Shown: positions 7,303 through 14,895 of the stretch, one piece after another | How positions within the stretch are numbered: the stretch's first letter is position 1 | Layout of the letters: every line of letters begins with the position of its first letter | Assembly (NCBI RefSeq): GCF_008084145.1 | Contig: NZ_VSDO01000004.1 | Location: 300,202-324,201, forward strand | From: Paenibacillus faecis | GTDB taxonomy: Bacteria; Bacillota; Bacilli; Paenibacillales; Paenibacillaceae | DNA length: 24,000 bases | Direction of reading: 5' to 3' | Program-made: the position numbers and the translations under genes | Notes under the pieces: model-generated | Database searches by the model: none | What the model saw: the letters and a program-made list of their open reading frames with translations, nothing else | What the model was told of the DNA's origin: nothing

Positions 7303-9126
7303 TCAGTCCATTCGGAAAACTTTGCCCTTGGGCACGAAGGGAAGATGGTGGCCTTTCGGAATCAGGAAAGCGTGCTCGCGGCGGATGCTCACCCGGTCGC
7401 AGTAGCCGTCCGTGATGATCAACAACGGGCCGCTTTTCGGAAAATCCCCGGCATGCTCGAGCAGATCGATGGCCGGCTGCAGGATTGTTCCGCCCCTGCC
7501 TTTGACGGAGACGCGGTCCGCAATCGCTTCCGGCGCGAGGTATCCTTGATCATAGACGGCCGCGTCGCAAAACACGACCCGGACGAGCGGCACATCCCGG
7601 GCCATGCTGTAGCTGGCGATCGCCCCAAGGGCCTTGCCCAGCAGCTTGGTGTCCATGGAACCGGAGGTATCCAGAACCACCCCGAAGGTGCGGCCGTCCT
7701 CGGCTCCCGCATCCGGCACCCAGCGGGGGCGGGGAATATCGGGGGTGGACGCTTGCCGGCGGCTGATCCTGGCGTAAGTCCGGACTTTTTCCAGCGGGGA
7801 AAAGTAGTTGTCGAACCACTTCGCCAGTTCCACGTCCCACAGGATCGGGGGCTGGGACAAGGCCCGGATCTCCTCGATCAGACCCGCCGGCAGGAAGCCC
7901 CGGTTTTGGTCAAAATGATAATCGAGCCCTTGGCTAAGACAGCTCCGATAAAATTCATCCAGTGTCAGCCCGTCTTTTCGGTCCCACCAATCGGGGACCT
8001 TCGGCTCCAGAATATCGCCCGTTCCGACGCCGCGAAAAGTCGCGACTTTCCGGTACAGCCGCATGTCCGTGACGATCCGGTCGTAAACGGATTCCGCCGA
8101 CAGTCCTTTAAGCTCCGGGTCATGCAGGCCTCCCACCCGCGGAAAGGCGCCCAACCCCATTTCCATAAGCCACCCGTTGATGACATAGTCGCAGGCGACA
8201 TTCCACAGATAGGGGTCACGCCCTTCCGCGCGGGCATGGTGCCGTAGTCCGACGTGCAGAAATTCGTGGGCGAGCACAAAACGGCATTCCTGCTCGTCCA
8301 GCCCGGCTGCAGGGTTGACGTAGATTTCCTTGGCCTCGGCATCGACGGCGGCCACCGAAATCGACAGGCGGGTGCAGAGCAGAGGATCCTCAATGATCCG
8401 GAAGTCCGCCGCCATCGCGCCCATCAGCGGGTAACTGCTGACAAACCAGTTACGGGCTTTCATTGCGGGCGTTAAAATATCGCGGTTTGCGCCGAGGTAA
8501 GCTTCATATCCCGCCGATACGTTGACCGCGCTCGTCACGGCCATGGCGAGCCCTTTGCCCAGCAAATCCTGCCAGTTGACGTTCTTGTTACCCCAGTAAG
8601 AGCGGTCGGAAGCCCTTGAGCTTAGGAGCATATCCTGGTGTCCGGGCCCAGCCGTGCCCAAGTTATGAAAGGAAGGGGGAAGCCCCTGGTCGATGAAGCT
8701 GCGATAGAGATCTTCTTCGGCCCCCTTTCCGGAAGGGATCTCTACCGACCCGTTCATCCCCTCAGGGGGCTTGCCCAGCCGCATATCGTATAGAAACTTG
8801 GCGATAAAAGCGTCGCAGGCCGTGTTCCACATGTCCTGCCGTTCCATTACCTTGAAATGCCCGAAACCTAGATGCAGAAGAGCATGGGCCAGAATGTAAA
8901 TCCATTCTTCGGGCAGGGCCCTGCGTTTCGGATGAACATGGATATACCCGCTGCTTGTCGTGACCGCCCAGCCGTTATCCGGACAGAGATTGCCCTCCAT
9001 GCGCACAAAATGAGCGTGCGACGCGAGCGGGGCAAACATCGGGTGACGGGAGATAAGCCGCAGCCCCTCCTCATAAGCCCGTGTGGCCGGGTCCATTTCT
9101 CCGGATTTTTGTTTTTGTTTTCCCAT
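7303..9126 (-). CDS. VWA-domain protein with two tandem DUF2201-type putative metallopeptidase modules (partner of the MoxR ATPase), 607 aa
   Basis: There is an internal duplication. Module 1 reads LAHALLHLGFGH...WNTACDAFI, with HALLH at nt 8872-8886 and the Glu lost. Module 2 reads LAHEFLHVGLRHH...WNVACDYVI, with HEFLH at nt 8254-8268. The C-terminal VWA carries the MIDAS motif VVLDTSGSMD (7657-7671). The ATG at 9126 lies 6 nt after the stop of the upstream ATPase gene. Confidence 0.85.
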   Translation of the reverse strand: MGKQKQKSGEMDPATRAYEEGLRLISRHPMFAPLASHAHFVRMEGNLCPDNGWAVTTSSGYIHVHPKRRALPEEWIYILAHALLHLGFGHFKVMERQDMWNTACDAFIAKFLYDMRLGKPPEGMNGSVEIPSGKGAEEDLYRSFIDQGLPPSFHNLGTAGPGHQDMLLSSRASDRSYWGNKNVNWQDLLGKGLAMAVTSAVNVSAGYEAYLGANRDILTPAMKARNWFVSSYPLMGAMAADFRIIEDPLLCTRLSISVAAVDAEAKEIYVNPAAGLDEQECRFVLAHEFLHVGLRHHARAEGRDPYLWNVACDYVINGWLMEMGLGAFPRVGGLHDPELKGLSAESVYDRIVTDMRLYRKVATFRGVGTGDILEPKVPDWWDRKDGLTLDEFYRSCLSQGLDYHFDQNRGFLPAGLIEEIRALSQPPILWDVELAKWFDNYFSPLEKVRTYARISRRQASTPDIPRPRWVPDAGAEDGRTFGVVLDTSGSMDTKLLGKALGAIASYSMARDVPLVRVVFCDAAVYDQGYLAPEAIADRVSVKGRGGTILQPAIDLLEHAGDFPKSGPLLIITDGYCDRVSIRREHAFLIPKGHHLPFVPKGKVFRMD

Positions 9127-9132
9127 AATCGA

Positions 9133-10194
9133 TCAGGCTTCCTTCTTCTGCACAAGTCTGGGCAAGTCCCGAACGATCTCCACCAGGAACCAATCCGGCA
9201 GACTCTCGCCGGCTTCGTCCCTGGCCACGGCCAGTTGGGCGATTTCGAGACTGATCGCGCTTAAATTTTTGAGCAGGGCCTTGGCGCGGTGGGCCAGCTT
9301 CTTATGATGTTCGGCGAGCGCGTCCTTGGATTCCGGCAGCTCCTTGATCAGGTGAGCCCGGAAAGACTGGGCCATAAAGTAAAGCACATCCCGGTCCTCC
9401 GGCTGGTGGGGCCAGTTCGCTCCGCCTTCGATAATCTCATGCAGCTTGTATTTATAATGGCTTTGCTTATAAAAAGCCTTCAGCTGCCCGGCGTGATGCG
9501 GCGATAGACAGCCCGTAGCAAGCACTTCCAGGGTATCCGGCCGCAGCCGATCCCCGTATTCCTTCAGCGCATCGCTTAACATATGCCACGATCTTGGCGT
9601 GGAGAACGGTTCCTCGTGCTTCGGCGGCTGAACCCACAGATGATCCGGGCGCGTCTCGATATATTGAATGACCAGGGGGTGGAGCTCGTTCTCGTAAGCC
9701 CACTCCAGCCATTCGCGGTGGGAAACCTTAAGCTGCACATGAAACATGCGGTTCATGAGCGCGGACGACATCGGCTTCACAATCGCGCTGTCCTGCGCCC
9801 GGTTTCCGGCTCCAATGACGACCGAGCCTTCCGGCAGACGGTATTCGCCGACGCGTTTTTCCAGAATCAAGCTGTAAAAAGCTTTCTGTACCTCGTGCGT
9901 GCAGGCGTTCAACTCATCCAGAAACAGGCAGTACGGCTCGTTTCGGGCGATCATGCTCGGCGGGCAAAACCGGCTCACCCCGCCGACGATTTGCGGCACC
10001 CCGATGAGGTCTTCCGGTGCCAGCTGGCTGCCGAGCAGCGAGACGCAAGGCAAGCCGACCAGATCGGCAAACCGCTGAACCAGCGAGGATTTTCCCACGC
10101 CCGGCGGCCCCCAGATAAACACCGGGCGGACGACGGCTACGTTTAATAGCAGCTCCATTAATTGCTTGGATGTTACAGAGGATGAAATATTCAT
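9133..10194 (-). CDS. MoxR-class AAA+ ATPase (CbbQ/NorQ/AAA_5-like), 353 aa
   Basis: Walker A reads FIWGPPGVGKSS (nt 10087-10110) and Walker B reads CLFLDELN. The sensor and Arg-finger region reads VIGAGNRAQDSAIVKPMSSALMNRM. It is immediately followed by a VWA partner, as in CbbQ/CbbO and NorQ/NorD pairs. Confidence 0.85.
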   Translation of the reverse strand: MNISSSVTSKQLMELLLNVAVVRPVFIWGPPGVGKSSLVQRFADLVGLPCVSLLGSQLAPEDLIGVPQIVGGVSRFCPPSMIARNEPYCLFLDELNACTHEVQKAFYSLILEKRVGEYRLPEGSVVIGAGNRAQDSAIVKPMSSALMNRMFHVQLKVSHREWLEWAYENELHPLVIQYIETRPDHLWVQPPKHEEPFSTPRSWHMLSDALKEYGDRLRPDTLEVLATGCLSPHHAGQLKAFYKQSHYKYKLHEIIEGGANWPHQPEDRDVLYFMAQSFRAHLIKELPESKDALAEHHKKLAHRAKALLKNLSAISLEIAQLAVARDEAGESLPDWFLVEIVRDLPRLVQKKEA

Positions 10195-10236
10195 GCTTTA
10201 TAATGATTTCCTTCCCTAAAAATTAACGTTATGAAC

Positions 10237-10245
10237 ATGATACCA
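10237..10245 (-). promoter_or_regulatory. Possible extended -10 (TGGTATCAT on the - strand) for the moxR-vwa-wyl operon
   Basis: The reverse complement of 10237-10245 is TGGTATCAT, about 40 nt upstream of ATG 10194. There is no convincing -35. Confidence 0.25.
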
Positions 10246-10431
10246 TAGGGTCCTTGAGGCGCAGGCCCGAAAAGATGGCTATACCCGTTTTGTCCCAAAA
10301 GGGGCCGGTTGCCGCGGACGGGACGGGGAGGAACCTTGGTCAGCGGTCGGCACCTCATTGGAGTTGTAATTAACCCGAGAGGGCTAACGCCTGTAACAGC
10401 CTTCCTCTGAAACCGGGCAGGGGGATAAGTG

Positions 10432-10640
10432 AATAAGAGCCTTTTGCGGCGCGATTTTGTCGAATTTGGCTCTTTGGCGTGAAATAGCGGTCTTTTGGGG
10501 CCTTATTTTAGAGAAAGTCGGGCAAAAACCGGATTTTGGGCTCGCACCAGAGAAATAAGGCCCTTTCTGGCCGCTATTTTTCCCGAAAACGCAAATCGGG
10601 CCGAAATAGCGGCCCAAAATGCCGCTATTGTGGCGGGCGG
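10432..10640 (+). repeat. Repeat family 2, copy 1: about 210-bp structured element built from AATAGCGG/CCGCTATT and AAATAAGGCC/GGCCTTATTT inverted units
   Basis: It aligns collinearly with 18576-18784 in the same orientation, for example ATTTTGTCGAATTTGGC, GAAATAAGGCC and GGCCGAAATAGCG. It contains nested inverted repeats, for example AAATAGCGGTC...GGCCTTATTT against AAATAAGGCC...GGCCGCTATTT. Confidence 0.8.
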
Positions 10641-10805
10641 CCGGGCGGACCGGGGAATTGGCGGCTCGGATCGATCGGCTCGTCACCATCCCCCTCAAAA
10701 ACCGGCTAAATTTTCCCCTCGTAATACTTTTGCCATGTTCGCGCGCGTAAAAATGAGCGAAGATAGGTTCACAAGGTCATCGCCGCAAGGGGACGGCCGA
10801 GTGAG

Positions 10806-10941
10806 ATCTTCGAGGCGCCTGGACGGGATCCTTCGCCTTTTAAGCGACTGGCCGTTGGTTCGAATCCAACTTCCGCCTAACGGCGGAATAGCTCAGAGGT
10901 AGAGCAGTTTATGTGACCTGTCCGCCTTTTTCCTCGAAGAT
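10806..10941 (+). ncRNA. yrlA: Y RNA 1, YrlA-type: Ro-binding-like basal helix plus a circularly permuted tRNA-like domain
   Basis: The basal stem ATCTTCGAGG (10806-10815) pairs with CCTCGAAGAT (10932-10941). A second stem pairs GGACGGG (10821-10827) with CCTGTCC (10918-10924), across the internal loop CGCCT / GCCTTTTT. Inside are a T-arm GTTGG-TTCGAAT-CCAAC (10854-10870), a closed acceptor-like stem TTCCGCC-TAAC-GGCGGAA (10871-10888), then TA and a D-arm GCTC-AGAGGTA-GAGC (10891-10905). It sits directly upstream of rsr. The exact 5' and 3' ends are unknown. Confidence 0.8.
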
Positions 10942-10965
10942 GAGTTGCATCAAATGCAGGAACGC

Positions 10966-11064
10966 GCGCGAGGCGCCTGAGAGGGTTACTTCGACTAATT
11001 AGGGATTAGTAATGATCGTGCCGGAGGGCACAGCAGCCTTCTCAACAAGCTTTCTTCCTCGCGC
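10966..11064 (+). ncRNA. Y RNA 2 (small, YrlB-like): same basal architecture with no tRNA-like module
   Basis: GCGCGAGG (10966-10973) pairs with CCTCGCGC (11057-11064). GAGAGGG (10979-10985) pairs with CCTTCTC (11037-11043). It shares the 5' motif GAGGCGCCTG...GGGTTACTTCG with the neighbouring Y RNAs. Internal hairpins are ACTAAT-TAGGG-ATTAGT and GTGCC-GGAG-GGCAC. Confidence 0.6.
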
Positions 11065-11090
11065 ACCCGTTCCCAGCACATCTAAATAAT

Positions 11091-11205
11091 ACCGGTGAGG
11101 CGCCGGGGCGGGTTACTTCGCCATCCAAGCGCACTTATGGAATTACCGGGCTTTACGGCAGGTTCGACTCCTGCACCGAACCCGCCCCTCTTTTTCCTCA
11201 CCGGT
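11091..11205 (+). ncRNA. Y RNA 3: same basal architecture plus a T-arm-like hairpin
   Basis: ACCGGTGAGG (11091-11100) pairs perfectly with CCTCACCGGT (11196-11205). GGGGCGGG (11105-11112) pairs with CCCGCCCC (11181-11188), across the loop CGCC / TCTTTTT. It has the GGGTTACTTCG motif and the T-arm-like GCAGG-TTCGACT-CCTGC (11158-11174). Confidence 0.65.
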
Positions 11206-11267
11206 GTTATCTAAATATTCCGTTGGGCGTCATTGCACTCACACACGGATATAGGAGGTTATTTAAA

Positions 11268-12773
11268 ATGAGTTTCGCCCAAAAATTGTTCGGTCCGTTC
11301 AGACCGACCACTCGCAACAAAGATCATTATCCCGCTTATACGCGGTCTGCGGAGGAACAGTACCTGCAGACTTTGCTGACCAATACGATGAGCAATACGT
11401 TTTATGCCGATCAAAAAGAACTCCTGAGCGATGCCGAGCAGCTCCACCATGAAATGGCGGCGGCCAACCCGACGTTTATGGCAAAAGCGCTCGTGTTCGC
11501 CCGCAACACCGGCCTGATGCGCCTGCAGCCGATCTTCGGCTTGGCGGTGCTCTCGGCCTACCGGCCGGATTTGTTCGCCAAGGTGTTCCCGCAGGTCGTG
11601 CGGATTCCTTCCGACCTGTTCGACTTCCTGACCATTCTGAAGGGTCAGGGTCGGGGCGAGGGCGGCCGTGCGGTCAAGCGCCAGGTGAACCACTTCCTGG
11701 CCGGCGTCAGCGAATACTGGGCCGTCAAATACAACGGCCGCGGCCGCGGCTACAGCCTGGGTGACGTGATCGCCACGGCCCATCCGAAGCCGGCGGACTT
11801 GAAGCAGCAGGCGCTGTTCCGGTACCTGCGCGGCTGGGAGGCCGACCTCGAGCTGCTGCCGCAGGTGGCGGCGCTGGAGCGGCTGAAGCGCGCCGCGAGC
11901 GAAAGCGAGCAAATCGAGTGGATCGGCCGCGGCAAGCTTCCGTACGAGACGGTCACCGGCGCGATTCAGCCGACCAAGGCCGTGTGGGAGGCGTTGCTGT
12001 ACCAGATGCCGACCTTTGCGCTGCTCCGCCACCTGAACGCCCTGCAGCGGGCGGGCGTCCTCGACGACAAGCGGAACCTGGACTACGTCATCGCGCGGTT
12101 CAACGATGAGGAGGCGCTGCGCAAGGCGCGCATCCTGCCGTTCCGGTTCGCGACGGCGTTCCGTCAGGTCGAGCATCCCGATCTGCGCGACGCGATGCGG
12201 GACGCGGTGGACCTGACTTTCGGCAACCTGCCGGATTTGGGTGAGGACACGGCGATTTTCCTGGACATCTCCGGCTCGATGGAGGGACAATACCTGGAGA
12301 CCGGTTCGGTATTTGCCCTGGCCCTGTATAAGAAGACGCAGGGGAACTCGCTGTTCTGGCTGTTCAACCACGAGGTCCGCGACGCGAGACCTTCGAAGCG
12401 CGACAGCATTCTCGGCCAGGCGCAGCATATCCGCGCCGGCGGCGGGACCGATACCGGTGCCCCCGTGCGCAAGCTGCTCCTGGAGCGCAAGCGGGTGGAC
12501 CAGATCATTATCATTACGGATGAGCATCAAAACACCGGCAGCCCGTTCTACCGGGAGCTGGCCCAGTACCGTGCCGCCATCAACCCGGAAGTCAAGGCGT
12601 TCATCGTGGACATCGCTCCTTACCGGTACGCGATGGTGCCGGAAATGGACCGCAACACCTTTTACATCTACGGTTGGAGCGACACGGTCCTGTCCTACAT
12701 TGCCCAGACGCTGCAAGGCTACGCGTCCATGACGAAGCAAGTGGATGCCATGGACCTCGACAAGAAGGAGTGA
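11268..12773 (+). CDS. rsr: Ro60 orthologue Rsr (TROVE domain + C-terminal vWA with MIDAS), 501 aa
   Basis: ATG 11268 lies 9 nt after GGAGG (11254-11258). The N-terminal TROVE-like sequence reads ...YLQTLLTNTMSNTFYADQKELL...AKALVFARNTGLMRLQPIFGLAVL. The vWA MIDAS reads AIFLDISGSM...GGGTDTG...IIITDE. It is flanked upstream by Y-RNA-like genes. The ORF-track TTG at 11223 has no RBS. Confidence 0.9.
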   Translation: MSFAQKLFGPFRPTTRNKDHYPAYTRSAEEQYLQTLLTNTMSNTFYADQKELLSDAEQLHHEMAAANPTFMAKALVFARNTGLMRLQPIFGLAVLSAYRPDLFAKVFPQVVRIPSDLFDFLTILKGQGRGEGGRAVKRQVNHFLAGVSEYWAVKYNGRGRGYSLGDVIATAHPKPADLKQQALFRYLRGWEADLELLPQVAALERLKRAASESEQIEWIGRGKLPYETVTGAIQPTKAVWEALLYQMPTFALLRHLNALQRAGVLDDKRNLDYVIARFNDEEALRKARILPFRFATAFRQVEHPDLRDAMRDAVDLTFGNLPDLGEDTAIFLDISGSMEGQYLETGSVFALALYKKTQGNSLFWLFNHEVRDARPSKRDSILGQAQHIRAGGGTDTGAPVRKLLLERKRVDQIIIITDEHQNTGSPFYRELAQYRAAINPEVKAFIVDIAPYRYAMVPEMDRNTFYIYGWSDTVLSYIAQTLQGYASMTKQVDAMDLDKKE

Positions 12774-12779
12774 TCCCCT

Positions 12780-13577
12780 ATGACCCAGGAATCGTCCGAA
12801 TTCCGCCCCGTCATCCTGAACGAGCTTCGGCGCATTGAAGAGCAGGAAGGGGTTCGTATTCTGTACGCCTGCGAGTCGGGAAGCCGCGCTTGGGGCTTCC
12901 CTTCGCGGGACAGCGACTACGATGTCCGGTTTCTTTATATCCGGCCTCTGGACTGGTATCTATCCATTTTTGAGGGACGGGATGTGATCGAGCGGCCGAT
13001 CAGCGATCAACTGGACATCAACGGTTGGGACTTGAAGAAGGCCTTGCAGCTATTCCGCAAATCGAACCCGCCCTTATTGGAATGGCTGTATTCTCCGATA
13101 CAATATTTGGAGAAGTATTCCGTGGCGGAGCAGATCCGCCGCATATCCCCGCTGACGTTTTCGCCAAAATCATGCATATACCATTATCTCAACATGGCGA
13201 AGGGGAATTTCCGGGGATACCTGCAAGGGGAACGGGTGAAGATCAAGAAGTATTTCTACGTACTGCGGCCGGTGCTCGCCTGCGGCTGGATCGAGAAGCA
13301 CAATACGATGCCTCCGGTGGAGTTCGATAAACTGGTGGAGGACTTGATCCCGCCGGAAAGCGCACTGATGGATGCGGTTCAACGCCTGCTTGCTCGCAAA
13401 AAAGCCGGGGAAGAGCTTGATCTGGAGCCTAAGTTGACCGCCATCCACGAATATTTGGAGGAGCGCTTGGATTACTTCGAGGAGGCGGCCGCCCAATTCA
13501 GGACAGAACCGTTGCAGCTCGAAGACGAGCGGTTGGACGCCCTCTTTCGCTCCGCCTTGCGCGAGGTATGGGCGTAG
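12780..13577 (+). CDS. Pol-beta-superfamily nucleotidyltransferase (RlaP-like, RNA-ligase/repair-associated NTase)
   Basis: The NTase motif reads LYACESGSRAWGFPSRDSDYDVRFLY (GS...DxD). The ATG lies 6 nt after the rsr stop, with GAAGGAG upstream. The family assignment is from memory of the PF10127-type sequence pattern. Confidence 0.75.
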   Translation: MTQESSEFRPVILNELRRIEEQEGVRILYACESGSRAWGFPSRDSDYDVRFLYIRPLDWYLSIFEGRDVIERPISDQLDINGWDLKKALQLFRKSNPPLLEWLYSPIQYLEKYSVAEQIRRISPLTFSPKSCIYHYLNMAKGNFRGYLQGERVKIKKYFYVLRPVLACGWIEKHNTMPPVEFDKLVEDLIPPESALMDAVQRLLARKKAGEELDLEPKLTAIHEYLEERLDYFEEAAAQFRTEPLQLEDERLDALFRSALREVWA

Positions 13578-13623
13578 AGGCGGGCAACCGCGTACATATT
13601 TTCACATTGGAAGAAGGTTCATT

Positions 13624-14892
13624 ATGGCTATCGTACAGGTTACATCCACGAATCCGAAGTTTTCATTTTTGATCAAGAAAAATCCGCAATCCGGTATGCA
13701 GCTGCGCTCGGTTCGCAAAGGGACGGCGTACGGCTGGTATAGCGGTGAACAGACCTTTAACGTGTATTTTAAAGACGCGGACAACGATATTTCGTATAAG
13801 CAGCATGAGGGGGAGACTTTCGAGTACCTGAACGTGTCGAGATACAATACGCCGCTGTTTCCGTTGAACGCGATCGGCGAGTTCTTTTCCGCTCCGTTAA
13901 AAGCGCGGCATGAGCAGGATACGGAGGGGTATGAGCATACCTTTTTCATCAATATGATTCATATCGAACGGTTGCCGTATATCGATTTTTTCAAGAAGCA
14001 CTTGCAGGATTTCTCATTCGAAATCACCCACCGGGCGCACAAAAGCTATGCCCTGACCGTTAGGACGCACAAAAGCCTGTACCAGCTCCTTCACGCGGTG
14101 AGCGTATTGTGCTTGTTCCTGTCGATGTTCGGCAATGAGCACGTGGATATTTCGGACAGCATTCTGGACAAATACATCAAGAGCCTCCATGTGATCGACG
14201 CGCCGTTTTACATTCGGAGCTTGTTCGTACGGAATTTTCTGGCTTCCCGGGACCGGTTCAAAAAATACAAGGCGGAGCTCGAGAAGACGGACCGCTACAG
14301 CATTCGCTTTGCTTTTGGCGGCACGGCGCTGCAGCGGCGGAACTACATCGGAAGCGCGCTCGCTTTTGACAAGTCGATTCTCGACGTGGGCTGCGGGGAA
14401 GGATTCTACGCGATTCCTTTTGCCGGAAAAATCGAAGGCAGCTATTACGCGGTCGATATCAACGAGGAGCTGTTGGAGCAAGTCCAGCGGAAGGCCGCGC
14501 GAAAAGAGCTGGACAATATCATCACGTTCGCTTCGATCGATCTTTTTCTGGAGAGCTACAACGGGGAACGGGTCGATGTGATTTTGACCGAGGTCATCGA
14601 GCATATGAGCCAGGAGGAAGCGGAGCGACTGATCCGGCAAATCTGCGGGCAGGTGGATTTCGACCGGTTGATCATCACGACGCCGAATGCCGACTTTAAC
14701 CGCTATTATGAGTTGGAGGGTTTCCGGCACGACGATCACAAATGGGAGCTGGGCGGAGCTTCGTTCCAGGCCTGGATCGGCGATCTGTTGAAGCGCTTCG
14801 CGAACTTGCAGTATGAATTTGTGGCCATCGGCGACGAGGTCGACGGGATCACCACGACCCAAGGGGTTATTTTGAAGAGAGAGGGGGCCTGA
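13624..14892 (+). CDS. hen1: Bacterial Hen1, RNA 3'-terminal ribose 2'-O-methyltransferase
   Basis: The N-terminal Pnkp-activating domain begins MAIVQVTSTNPKFSFLIKKNPQSGMQ... The C-terminal SAM-methyltransferase carries ILDVGCGEGFYAIPFA, the metal motif LTEVIEHM and ...FRHDDHKWE. It ends 3 nt before pnkp. Confidence 0.9.
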   Translation: MAIVQVTSTNPKFSFLIKKNPQSGMQLRSVRKGTAYGWYSGEQTFNVYFKDADNDISYKQHEGETFEYLNVSRYNTPLFPLNAIGEFFSAPLKARHEQDTEGYEHTFFINMIHIERLPYIDFFKKHLQDFSFEITHRAHKSYALTVRTHKSLYQLLHAVSVLCLFLSMFGNEHVDISDSILDKYIKSLHVIDAPFYIRSLFVRNFLASRDRFKKYKAELEKTDRYSIRFAFGGTALQRRNYIGSALAFDKSILDVGCGEGFYAIPFAGKIEGSYYAVDINEELLEQVQRKAARKELDNIITFASIDLFLESYNGERVDVILTEVIEHMSQEEAERLIRQICGQVDFDRLIITTPNADFNRYYELEGFRHDDHKWELGGASFQAWIGDLLKRFANLQYEFVAIGDEVDGITTTQGVILKREGA

Positions 14893-14895
14893 TCC

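Noticed and set aside
5323-10146. Multiple 60-300-aa + strand ORFs (5323-6060, 6122-6655, 7345-8247, 8872-9264, 9583-10146 and others)
   Set aside because: All are antisense to the well-supported - strand WYL, VWA and AAA+ genes. They lack RBSs and give low-complexity translations.
10384-10698. 104-aa - strand ORF across repeat family 2 copy 1, with a similar 115-aa ORF at 18415-18762 across copy 2
   Set aside because: The similarity between the two peptides simply reflects the DNA repeat. There is no RBS, the composition is odd (P/G/K/F-rich), and the second ORF runs into the mscL RBS. A repeat-encoded peptide cannot be fully excluded without expression data.
10640-10805. A sigma-A promoter for the Y-RNA/rsr operon
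   Set aside because: The candidate hexamers (TTGCCA at 10730-10735, TAAAAAT at 10748-10754, TAATAC at 10722-10727) have wrong spacings of 12 nt or more than 20 nt. No sigma-54 GG-N10-GC element was seen either. The promoter is left uncalled.
10495-10902. 135-aa + strand ORF
   Set aside because: It starts inside repeat family 2 and runs through the structured Y RNA 1. There is no RBS and no recognisable domain.
10854-10905. tRNA-like T-arm, acceptor stem and D-arm that might be called a tRNA, tRNA pseudogene or tmRNA piece
   Set aside because: The element order is permuted, with the T-arm before the D-arm. The acceptor stem is closed by a TAAC loop, so there is no free 3' end or CCA. There is no anticodon arm, no tag reading frame and no pseudoknots. 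The element is embedded in a Y-RNA basal helix next to rsr, so it is the YrlA-type tRNA mimic.
10741-10969. GCGCGCGT (10741-10748) is complementary to ACGCGCGC (10962-10969), which could extend Y RNA 1 into a ~230-nt molecule
   Set aside because: The pairing is alternating GC of low complexity. The 3' arm overlaps the 5' helix of Y RNA 2, and the intervening 10749-10805 shows no supporting structure. The conservative boundaries 10806-10941 were kept.
11259-12740. 493-aa ORF antisense to rsr
   Set aside because: This is the same shadow-ORF effect. The + strand frame has TROVE and vWA motifs and a strong RBS, and the - strand product is low complexity.
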